This document shows positions 12,901 through 26,974 of a DNA stretch of 64,000 nt, one piece after another (position 1 is the first letter of the stretch; every line of letters begins with the position of its first letter). The DNA lies in contig RDEW01000020.1 in the NCBI GenBank assembly GCA_011109175.1, positions 62,001 through 126,000 of the forward strand. The letters run 5' to 3'. A model generated the notes under the pieces. The model was not told the DNA's origin, did not search any database, and saw only the letters and a program-made list of their open reading frames with translations. The stretch comes from Dicyema japonicum. Taxonomy: Eukaryota > Animalia > Dicyemida. The position numbers were made by a program, and so were the translations under genes.

Positions 12901-14148
12901 CTACAAAATGTGACATGACTTTTATTGAGGACGATTCCTTCAATGTCGTTGCAGAAACTGTTTCTGTGGACGATTCCATGAACGTTAAGGAAATCTTAGA
13001 TGAATTTGGGACAGATTTTGTGGAACCTAATCAAATGTGTATGGATGAGAGAACATCCTCGGAAAGTGATTCTGTCGAAGCTCAGTGGAACTCTGAGATT
13101 AAAGCTTTGAGTGAAGAGATTATCCACGAGGATGACATCTCAATCGAGGAGAATATGACTGAGTCGAATTTAGTTTGTGAGGAGGGATTTGAAAGTGATG
13201 TACAACAGGAATTGGAACCTCCTGAAGTATTGATCCACAATTTGTCAGCAAGTGATCATTCACACGACACACCGATTGGGGAGATTAGAAAAGTAGAATA
13301 TCATGATATAACTGTGGATAATCTCCCCAGGGTGGAAGGATCCTTTGTAGTTGCTGAGGAAAAACCCGAGTCTCCATTATCTGGGAATATTTGTGACCAA
13401 GTTGGGTCTTCACAAACTCGAGAATCAATTAGTCCTAAAGACGTTTTGGTGGAGGATAACAGTATTAAACTGGTGGTGGAGGATGAAAAGTTGGGTGAAG
13501 GTAAAAAACCCGGTGGTCGAAAGAAACCTGTAGCAAAATCAGTGAAGGCCACGAAAAATAGAAAAAAGATAGATAAAAATGCCAAAAAGAAGCCTGAAGA
13601 GAAGCATATTTTGTTGCCTCTTAATCCTTTGGATCAGGAAGTAGAGTCAGAGTAGTGTTTGTTGTCAGTTATCTTAGGAGGAGCATGCGAAGAAGAATGA
13701 GGTCGGTCATGAGGAAGTGTAGTTTAAAAGTCCTCGAGGATGTTGAACCTGAAGCTATAAATGATGATATATCGAATAAGGAGTTGGGAAAGTTTCTGAA
13801 GGAGAATGACATCAACTGTGGCCCGGTAAATAAATGGACACGAAAGACCTATTTAAGTCAATACTATTCTATAATGGAAAATAAACTCAAGAGTAGTTGT
13901 TTGTTCGATTTTTAGACGTTGGAGCACCCAAAAGCAAACAAGTTGTTAAAGACGATGAGACTGTAGGAGCTAAGAAAGGTAAACGTAAGGGAGGCAAGAA
14001 AGTTACATTTGAAAAGAAAGAGACCTTGATTAAACCTAAAAAAAGGTCTGTTTGTGAAGTAACTATTTGTAGGAGATTAGTTGAGACCAAAGAAAAACTT
14101 GATAGTCATTTAAAGTTGAGATCTGGAAGATCTATTAAAAAGAAATAG
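6987..14148 (+). CDS. AHCTF1: ELYS/MEL-28-like nucleoporin: beta-propeller + helical ELYS domain + long S/E-rich disordered region + LEM domain + basic tail
   Basis: VTHINYIYSRKLILVGLSSGFVKIY resembles human [42 protein letters not shown] resembles FWLIDHNDYESGLDLL; LAQFPIS resembles LLKFPFT. From about 10060 onward, 22-26-nt GT-AG introns join ORFs 10085, 10539, 12789, the LEM exon and 13897 in frame. Start codon and 5' exons are approximate. Confidence 0.65.
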
Positions 14149-14379
14149 TCTGTAATAATTTGTTAATTTGATTAATAACTCTTTTTTATTTAATTAGTTG
14201 TTTTTTATTTTATAATCGACTCGGATTATTGACAAATGGAGTCTTCGACAGTCTCTGTTCTAAGATCACTTTGGTCTGTGATATCGAAAATCGGCTCAAA
14301 TTTTTTACATATTTGTAGATATTTTGATATTATATGAAACAAGGGCAGCTCGATAGACTGGCCGCCTTTAAGAATTTTC

Positions 14380-14580
14380 GTTGTGATTCAATTAGAAAAT
14401 TTTTAATAAGTTGGATCTAATCCAATCAACTTTACTGCAGTCTCCCGAATTGCGGATAGTCTCAATGACGAGGAGCATTAAATCTGCATTGTCCACTAAG
14501 GACTTGAGTACGTCATCGTAAGTCGGATAAATTGTTCATAAACTGTGGCAAGGCTCCGATCTTTAAGTGTTTTTGAGACA
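14380..14580 (-). mobile_element. I/Jockey-like RT thumb fragment
   Basis: SLATVYEQFIRLTMTYSSP*W matches the motif seen in the other I-like copies. Confidence 0.5.
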
Positions 14581-14699
14581 TTTTAAAATTTTCATTTTTT
14601 TAGAGAAGAAATTACTTTGTTCTCAACATGTCAGATAAAGAGAATCCCTGATCAAAGGTGACCCCAGAATTTTCGGTTTTTTGTTAAAAGGAATATTCT

Positions 14700-16015
14700 A
14701 GTTCTTCATTAGGATTTTTGTCGTAAATACAAATATTCGTAGGTTGAACTCCCCTCTGCAAACGGCGAACTGTTCTAAACATTTGCGTTCCGTATCCCAA
14801 CTTCTCAATTTCACTGACACGTTCGTTAATTTTTTTACATAAATTTCATTTTTCCTCCTTTTAATCTCCTTGACAATACGATTTCTTTTTCTTCTTAACT
14901 CGATATAAGCATCACTTTTGTACACGATTCCATTCTCAGTCGCAATTTTTTGTTTAATTGATAATGAACCAATTTCGTGATCAAAGACCTCTTTAAATCC
15001 TTAATCCTCCTTTTAAACTTTTTTCCCCAAGCACGTCGAAACTTGCCTTCTTTATTCCCCAACAGTAGCATTCCAAATCATCTCTGGGGGATTTTCCATA
15101 TTTATGTTCACAATCTCCTTCCTAATTGCCATACAATAATCTTCACGCGTCTTCTCACATAAGCAATTTTTCCACAATAAAACGATCCAGATAAGCTCTC
15201 TTTGTTCTACCTCCATCTATTCCGAAATATCTTTTCATTCTGAAACGTGCAACCAGCAGTTTATGATCACTATAAGTGATAGTGCCTCTATAGCTGGGAG
15301 TCTGTTATTAACGCACAAAAAGATAGTTACATATAACATAATCAATCTGGTTGTATATCCGGACATAGTCACCATTTCCATCATTTCTGAGTCCAGCCCA
15401 TGTAGTCTTATGCCTCGCATTGTGGTCGAATGCAGAATTACAAATGAAGCAGTCAAACATGTTGCAAAATTGCACGAGCGATTCTCCTGACATATTCCTC
15501 TTCCTCCTGGCATGTCTACTCATACAGGGTTCTCTCCATGGACAGTGTCCCACTTTAGCATTCCAATCTCCACACAAAAAGGTCATAAACGAGCCTTTGA
15601 GATCAGAGATGGTATCCGTTAGTGACATATAAAACAGATCAAGTTCATCGGGATTTGTAGAAACTCTCGCCATTGTGGGCGCGTAGACATTAATTATAGA
15701 TATAAAGGAATTATCAGTCCTCCCACTCTTAATCTGAAGTACTGCTATTCTGTCATTCACCCTCCACACTCTGTGAATTCTCCCATCAAGACATTGATGT
15801 ATAGCCAAGTCCGTAGTGGTTGCATTCGGAGTCTAGTAGTATAAGTCTAAACTCTCCGTAATTCTCCTCAACTGCATCCTTCATTTTAGTCTCCTGTATA
15901 CTGCACATAGTGACCTTATATGATATTAAGTCACTTATTTAATCTTCCCTTTTCCGTTTTTCTTTCAAGCCTCGAACGTTGAATGACGCCAATGTGAACA
16001 GATTATTCGACATGT
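14700..16015 (-). mobile_element. RTE-clade retrotransposon APE endonuclease region (decayed)
   Basis: LASFNVRGL; RIAVLQIKS..IINVYAPT; LCGDWNAKVG; RHKTTW..YNQIDYVI (ORF 15308-15808). Confidence 0.85.
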
Positions 16016-16362
16016 GTGAAAAAGACATAATTTAAGAACCACGTCACCAGTTCAATTAATTACGGAGGAGACTATCACTCGTTTAAAAACAGTATAATGT
16101 ATCTTTCCCAAGTCGTAGACATAGGAGCGCATTTGATTTTTTTTTTGTGTGAACAGATATTAGTTTGGGCAGGTGGTCGCCTGCCTTTTTGCATTTTTGG
16201 CTAAACTGTTGATGACGTATGCTAGGTATATTCGCCATTCTATAGTGTCTTTCTAAAGGTTTTTTCTAGTGGGTTCATTGTTGCTTGATATCTTGACTGG
16301 TGCTTCTCCAGAATCGTTACTTTCTCATTCGTTTTCCCAGGTATGAATTGTATCATGGGGAC

Positions 16363-17888
16363 CGCATGTGCAACAAAAAATATAAGAGAATTAGTTAGGT
16401 TGCTCCAAGCTCTCCTGTTCTTTGCTAGGTTTCTCAGTGAGTCCAGATCGTCACCAAATACAAATGTTTTCTTCATGGCTTTCAGATCGTTTTGTAGAAC
16501 GACCGGGAGGGTAGTTCTCGGTCTTCCACGAAAGCGTTTTACATTGGAGTAGTAATCTTCCATTGCGATATTCGGAGGGGATATCGGGTCCAACCTCAGG
16601 ACGTATCCAAAAAGTCTCCAACGAGAGCTAATGATCTCGTGGCTTAATGGTGTACAGTCACATTTATTGTACAGTCCATTCCGCGAGATCTTGGATGGCC
16701 AGACATTCCAGTTATGCTTCTTAGATAATTCCTGTGAAATGAGTCTAGCCTCTCCAATTCCTCTTTAGAGGTGGCCCAGGTCCCAGAGTTGTATAGTAGA
16801 TTGGTTTGATGAAGGTGTCGTATAACATAATCCTTTGTTTTATGTTATATCCTTTCCGTTTTAGCCAAAGATTTTTCAGCCTGTGTAATGCCGCATTTGC
16901 TAATGTTTTTCTCCGTATGATGTCTTCGCTATCTCCTAGTAGAAAGCCAAGTTTCTTTATGTGTCTCCATTTTTCTTCGAGTGAGTTGTTCATTCGTCTT
17001 ATCTCTGTCCGTTATGTTTTTTCCCTGTTCACTGTGAGAAACCATTTCCCAAGTATATCTGGTGCTTTTTCTAGTACATGCTCCAGGAGTTCTTTGTCTT
17101 CAGAAATTAGGTCGACATTATCAGCATAAATCACTTCTTCTATTTTTCCTTGGTATAATGGTCTCAGTTCCCTCATAGCGGCCTCCAAATATATTGTGAA
17201 TAGTAGAGGAGAGAGGGAGTCTCCTTGAGGAGTGCCTGTTTTGTTTCAAATTTTCTTGAGTAGGTTTTTCCAACTCTCACAAGGAATTCTGTGTTAGATA
17301 GAAGGATTTGAATCATTCTTAGACTCGATTCGTCAATAAACCCTTCCCGCAGTCATCAATTTGTTCCTGTTAATCAAATCAAAGGCTTTTGATAGATCTA
17401 TTCTCAGAATGTGGGTGGCATTGCAATATCTTTGATGTGTTGCACATCTCCATCTGTGACTCCAGACTGCATCAGCTGTTGATCTTCCTTCTCTGAACCC
17501 ACTTTGACTTTCGGGTAGGTATTCATAGGCGAGTCCTTTTATTCGTTCCAATACAATGTTAGCTAAGACTTTCCGTAGAGAATTTGATAAAATAGTCGTT
17601 CGTAAGTTTTCAAACGGTTCTTTGGGTTTATTGGGTTTTTGTATAGGTATTAGTACCCCGTTCCCAGGGGTAAAGTTGAGTTAGTTGAAAACATTTCATT
17701 TAGTAGTGTAGCGATTTTTTCAAAAAGGGGGTCAGGGCCGTATTTCAGTAATTCTGGGTTTATCGTATCTGGTCCAGGGCTTCTATTATTTTTTAGTTTT
17801 TTACATGCTGTTTTTACTTCCAAAATTGAAATTGGTTCTTTTAAGGGTCTAGGCTTTCCTTTGAATGGGGGGGATTGCTGTAGTCAAA
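16363..17888 (-). mobile_element. 5'-truncated RTE-clade RT insertion flanked by a 14-bp direct repeat (putative TSD)
   Basis: KNNRSPGPD, SQSGFREGRST, IDLSKAFD, GTPQGDSLSPLLF, YADN, IKKLG, YDTFIKP; TGTATCATGGGGAC at 16349-16362 and 17889-17902. Confidence 0.85.
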
Positions 17889-18299
17889 TGTATCATGGGG
17901 ACATCTTATCCTCTTCTGGTTTTTATCGACTAGCTTTAAGACCCTGTTTTTGCTATAAGGTATCAGCCGTACCTCCCTCCATGTTCTGAAGTGTCACACC
18001 TCATTCAGACTATTACGTGGTTATATGCTGCTACCACGTGTCCATAGCATCTGATTTTTGGCTTTCGAGCTCATTCGCAGTGCATCTCCCCAAATCCAAT
18101 TAAGAAGCCTAACCGTGGTATTACTTCTGCCTTGTATTGACCGTCAGTCTATCATCCTGAAGTCTTCTCTTCCTTGCTCACAGGATCATAATCAAAACGT
18201 GTCCTCTATGTTATGGAATTATAGACGAAAGACGACACGGTTCTTTCAAGGGACACGTGCTGTTCAAACAAAGTCAAATTATCCCAGCGTGTTCATGGT

Positions 18300-18900
18300 T
18301 ATTATTATTTGCAGTTGGTGGTCGACTCCACTCGATCTGAAGGAGGAGATGAACGATCAAGATAGATTCCTAGTTCTTAGTAGAAGCGCAGGAAGTTACG
18401 GTCATTGTTTCTTGGGGAGTCCTCTGAAAGAAGTGTGGTGAGGAATGAACTTTTTGAAAAAGGATAAAAACGCAAGGTTCCCGTTTGATTGAATTGATTT
18501 GAGAACCTTCCTCGGAAAGGTCGTATTCTATTGTCTGAGTGATGACCTTGTTAATACAGACTGCAGTGGGAGATGGTTTTTCTTACAAGTGCCTTCAACA
18601 CGTTCCACTTCCGAAGTCACCTGGTCATGACTCAGTCCGCGTGATACTGAGGATCTTCTGATATCCTGTAGTGTGTATAAAAGTGTCACCAATAATATCT
18701 GGAGTCAACCTATGAACCCCCTATCCGAAATGAATATTGTGAAGCGAAGACAAGTCGAACTAAGACCTTTGTTAAGAGAGTCCTCTAAATGAAATCGAAG
18801 ACATGGAGTCCCTATCGATAAGCGTCTGTGATGAAAGACAAATCTTAGGTGAGTTGTGGTAGACCAGCCTGTTTTAGAGCCATGGTGGAAAGCAGGCGAA
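18300..18900 (-). mobile_element. Possible heavily decayed Ty3/gypsy pol remnant
   Basis: Only weak motif: LKSIQSNGNLAFLSFFKKFIPHH resembles the gypsy RT-thumb FLG...FYRKFIP motif. Confidence 0.3.
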
Positions 18901-18935
18901 CGCCTGTTTTAGAGCCATGGTGGAAAGCAGGCGAA
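18867..18935. repeat. Perfect 34-bp tandem duplication; each unit can form a hairpin
   Basis: GCCTGTTTTAGAGCCATGGTGGAAAGCAGGCGAA at 18867 and 18902. Confidence 0.95.
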
Positions 18936-19600
18936 ACCTCCAACACTTTTGCCATAATACATGCTATAGAGACCCGGCTGTGGGGAGACGAAACTCCATT
19001 GGTAGTAACACTACAGTGGAGATCGGGAACTACAGTAGAGTCATCTTTCAACTTTCCCGTCTTCCGAAAGAGTTCTTCAAGATGTTCTGAAGTGTGGGGG
19101 TGCAGATCCCAGATTGCCATAAATAACCCTTTTTCACGTGGAAATATGTGTTTGTATCTCATTCACAGGATGGTGGTTAACCGCAATTTTATGGGCAATC
19201 AAGAAAATACAAGTTGGTAGTTAATTGGTAGGAAGGTTGATGCGGTGACGTACCACCATTGTGCGAAATATCTACACCCCTTCATTACCGATAAACCATT
19301 CGTCTCCCTCTCAACTGACTGGGCGAAATGACTGACTCAGAGACATCCAAGTTTGGACCAAGAAAGCGTCGTAATCTCCAATGGCCAAAATCCAAGTGTG
19401 GACAAGGATTATCGCTGAGGAGCTAAAGGAGACCCTCAATCTGAATCAGAGATGTAGCCAAGTAATCTCAGTCAGATTATCGATAACCAATATAGCTGTA
19501 ATTACAAAAACGTGCGTGGAGACATATGGTGCTGTAACAGATTTGTGTTCCAGATATTGATTTGTGCAGATTTATATCTAATTTTGCACCAATTGGACGT

Positions 19601-20377
19601 ATGAACAAGTTTTTAATCAGGAAAATCAAATATTTGAGTTTTTGTCTCGGTTTTGTGACGATTTGTTGTTTCCAAGCCGGATTTCTGTCCCAAAAATTAA
19701 TCGAAATCAGCCAACTGAACTTACTTTGGCTTTTTTCCGACATTACCTGCATCCTCTTTTTCACAATTTTCCTCAGAGACCACTGGAAAATAAGCAACCA
19801 ACTTTCAGAAATGTCTCAGAGACAGATACTATTGGGATTCACGTCATTTCAGATACTTTTTATCACAGCATACATCAAGCTTTCGTCTCTTGGCCAATTA
19901 CAGTCATCCACGCTTATTTTCCTCGAAATGACCCTTGGATTTATGTTTTTCACTTTAAGCTCAGCAACGGAAATTTCCGGTCCCAAAAGCGACATCTTCA
20001 GCACATATTTACTTTCCATTGACTTCATCGATTCAGTGGATTTCCACGCTCTTGTCTACAGACACTATAAAATTGAATCCTTCACCAGAATGCTCCCCAC
20101 CCCTTTCATTACGACGTTGAGTTACTCCCTGATTTGCTTGGCAGTGGTGATTTTCACAGTCAACTATAAAAATTGGGCCACGAAGAGGACCAAGTATTCC
20201 AAAAAGTGGCTGATTTCTCTCTTGTTGTCCATGTTCCTGATCAACTCTCTATTTCTTATCATTAGAGTCTATATTTTGGTCCAATTTTCAACCTACATTT
20301 CAATTTTCATCCCCAAAAATGTTCTAATTGCTGTGATCTGCCTTGTCAGATTATCAGTCCAAGCATGCACCAAATAA
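19601..20377 (+). CDS. Multi-pass membrane protein, TMEM121/CECR6-like, intronless
   Basis: Open frame with several hydrophobic helices; IDFIDSVDF and FLINSLFLIIRVYILVQF..SIFIPKN resemble the CECR6/TMEM121 family motifs (from recall). Confidence 0.6.
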   Translation: MNKFLIRKIKYLSFCLGFVTICCFQAGFLSQKLIEISQLNLLWLFSDITCILFFTIFLRDHWKISNQLSEMSQRQILLGFTSFQILFITAYIKLSSLGQLQSSTLIFLEMTLGFMFFTLSSATEISGPKSDIFSTYLLSIDFIDSVDFHALVYRHYKIESFTRMLPTPFITTLSYSLICLAVVIFTVNYKNWATKRTKYSKKWLISLLLSMFLINSLFLIIRVYILVQFSTYISIFIPKNVLIAVICLVRLSVQACTK

Positions 20378-21389
20378 TAGTGTTTGTCACGACCGATTAA
20401 TCCCCTAATAGTACAGTCATTTCCATTCTAATTTGATTACTGAGATTTGCTAAGACTTTCAGAGACTCAGAGATGGTTGACCAGTTCCCTTCAGAAGAGC
20501 CGTATTTTAGTTGGATTCAAATCTTTATGATCTCGACCAAATCCAACTGAAAGCTCTAATGGAGCCGAAAATTGTCATTTGTGGTTATCATGTACGCACG
20601 TGTGGTGAAACAGGTTACGCATATTGAGAAATTTCGACCATGACTTATCCATTAAGGGAGCAAGGAATCAATCCCAGGTGAGAAATCTTAACTCACCCCT
20701 CTTCTGTGCTAAATCCACCATTTTGAATTTCTTGAATCAAAAAGAGAGTTCTCTAAGGGAAGGAAAACTTCAGGGATTGTTAAGAACATTCGAGAATAAC
20801 CAATACCTATCCAAGTTCGGTGGGACTAGAACTCAGACTTTAACGCATCTCTTGCTTCATTTTGGTTCCCGTTCTCTCCAGAGTCCACTAGAAAGGGGAT
20901 GAGAAATTAAGTCCCCAGAGGAGATGAATACATTGTGTATACTGTGACTAAGTCATACCAGAGCTAATCTGCCAGTTCAATCTTAGACCAACTAATCACT
21001 AACTGGTCTAAATTTCAGTGAAGCAAGTAAATAAGACAGTTTGAATACATAATTTACTGACAAGGAATGTAATTAAGCTATTAATTTGCTCAGCAGCTGA
21101 TAAATAGTATACTATACAGATTAATTGGCAAATAATCAATTTTTATTTAAAAATTAAATCCCCAAAATACTTGGGTTTCTTCGTTAACAGTGTCAACTAA
21201 TTTTTAATTTGACATAGGCTAAAAACTGTAATAATTGATTTACTAAAAAAATTATGAATTTATGTTAGTTCTATTAAAAACAAATTTAAAAAATTTAAGA
21301 AATATTTATTTTTATTTTAAAAATTATTTTTTTATTTAAAAAACTTAAAAAAATAAATATAGTGTTAAACGGGGCTTTGACTAATTCTG

Positions 21390-24977
<3,588 letters not shown>

Positions 24978-25099
24978 TGTCTTAAAACGGTTTTTCTTTT
25001 AATTGCTTTTGTTCATTCTTTACTTTTGTCAACTTTCCTCTTTAAGTGGCACTTAAGTTTACAAAGTCGCTCTTTGTCTCTCATCAAAAGGTTGGGATG

Positions 25100-25250
25100 T
25101 CTGCCTACACTCAGACGTTTGTGTGGGGAAATTCGATAACTTATAGTCCCCCGCCTCATCACTGTCTTTTAATCCGACTGATCTGTTGGATTTCCACCGC
25201 TTGATCCACGTGAGTCACTTATTAGTTGTGGGCAATCTTCGTTATTTATA
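25100..25250 (+). pseudogene. Diverged partial duplicate of the SERCA M6-M7 segment
   Basis: CACTGTCTTTTAATCCGACTGA...CCACCGC...CCACGTGAG...CGTTAT aligns with SERCA 24200-24345. Confidence 0.7.
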
Positions 25251-25889
25251 GACTCCCTTTCTCCTACATCGTAAGGAGTGACGCATTATACACCGCAGAA
25301 AAGGCTGACTCCAGTTGATCTCTGTTAATATGGGTGATGGCAACCTCATTTAAGACCGATCCCACTTTGTCCAGAACTATACTTAAAAGATCCTTCTCCC
25401 TTTATAAGGAGAGTTATCCCCTCTGTTATCTCCTCATTCAAGTTAATCGACATGTCCTCACCAATCTGAGCAGTTAGCTCCACAAATGCAAAGGGGATTT
25501 CTCCTCCAAGTATTCTTTCCATCCACACACTCAACAAGAATGCTTTGAAGTGAAAATATATTAATGACTTCAATCAATATATACTTATGAAGTCTATGTT
25601 CTGCCAAGTCATTTTGAACACGCAGAACTGTCTTGCTAAAATATTGGAAAATGGGGAAGGTATTTGTTAAGGACTCGTGAACTGAAGCGATAATAGTATT
25701 CTGAAATTATCAAAATAAGTTGTATTCAAAACACAAGGCAGCACACTGTAACGCTTAGAGAAGAGTCCTTAACGAAAGAATTACTCACCCAGAATATTGA
25801 CTTTACATATTCAGTGGTTGCTATCTTAAATTCCCGTTGCATTTAATTATGCTTAACCCTCACTTGTGTCTACTCCCTTTCTCCTACAA

Positions 25890-26060
25890 ATATTGTCGGG
25901 AGTGCGGTAAAAACATTATACGCCGCAGAAGAGACTGAAAAGTCTAAAGGGATGAGGTACAAAGGGCTTTTGAAACGATTCGCGTTCCACGCTATTGTTG
26001 TTGAGACAACTGGAGGTATAAGCAGGAAGGACTGTCTTTTGTCAGGAGACTGGAACGTCA
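25890..26060 (+). mobile_element. CRE-like RLE fragment
   Basis: AAEETEKSKGMRYKGLLKRFAFHAIVVETTGG. Confidence 0.65.
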
Positions 26061-26139
26061 ACTACACTTATCAACCACAACGTCCGTGAAATCCAGTTGT
26101 TCCTCTAGTTGGTTTGCAATCTTTAAGAAACTAGCGATT

Positions 26140-26863
26140 ATCAAAAAGCACTCTGTTAAGACAGATCTTCCCAGAGATCTTTAACTTTCATGTCAGGTCC
26201 TAGTGCTCCAGAGCAAACAAAGAGATCCTGAACTTCTTTTCCAACCAGAGATGGACGATGTCAACATTTAAGCGAGCTAGTCCCTCTCTGACGGCCCTCG
26301 ATAGCAGCAGTTCCAAAGTGCTAATCTCAGAAGGTCATGAGGGTAAACAAAGTCATGCAAACTAAAAAAATGATTAGTATTAAAAAGTGATGTATGATTT
26401 ACTAGTAAACTTTCCCACGTGAATATCACTAATCTCATCGCCAGAACACCAGGACAAATCGATGATGATTCTTTACGCCGCTAAATTGTGAAACATACTT
26501 ACGTGGAGAATTAGCAAATAGATGCTTTCTTGTAACCTTAGCAAGTAAATTTTATAGAAGCGAGTTTTGTACGCGAAATTAGCACTTGAGTCAAACTTTC
26601 GCACGTGAATGTTGCAGATAAAGTAAATTCATATAAATAATTGTTATTGTCAGTTAAATTCAATCCGTTTACACATGAGCATAATACCTAGGGTTCCGCT
26701 TATGCTGTGCTCTTCACCATCCGTTCTACCAGTTTACTCCGTGTGAATTCTTTCTCGCAGTTCATCGAGGTCTGGGTAGAACAATCAAAATGCACTATGT
26801 TAAGACAGATCTTCCCAGAGATCTTTAACTTTCATGTCAGGTCTTAGTGCTCCAGAGCAAACA
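26140..26863 (-). repeat. Two near-identical 72-bp copies of an I-like element 3' end (26148-26219, 26792-26863) flanking two AAACTTTCSCACGTGAAT units
   Basis: Direct repeat with 2 mismatches; the minus strand reads VCSGALGPDMKVKDLWEDL. Confidence 0.8.
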
Positions 26864-26974
26864 TAATTAAGCATGAAATATTAATGAAAGAATCAGTCAA
26901 TTAGATATAACCATAAAAGACAGCAGCATATAAGAGAGAACTGCTGTCGGACTACTCCCAAACTCATTCCATTG

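Noticed and set aside
10069-13585. Antisense and alternative-frame ORFs overlapping the ELYS-like exons
   Set aside because: Expected shadow ORFs of long coding exons; no independent features.
18871-18922. GTTTTAGAGCCATGGTG resembles the start of the S. pyogenes type II CRISPR repeat (15 of 17 matches)
   Set aside because: Only two abutting units with no spacer, no cas genes, and a eukaryotic context; treated as coincidence.
20400-21000. ORF 20624-20902 and minus-strand coding-like fragments
   Set aside because: No ATG-to-stop model or family motif could be supported.
25346-25800. Minus-strand ORF 25346-25573 as part of a host gene
   Set aside because: No in-phase splice model and no recognisable domain.
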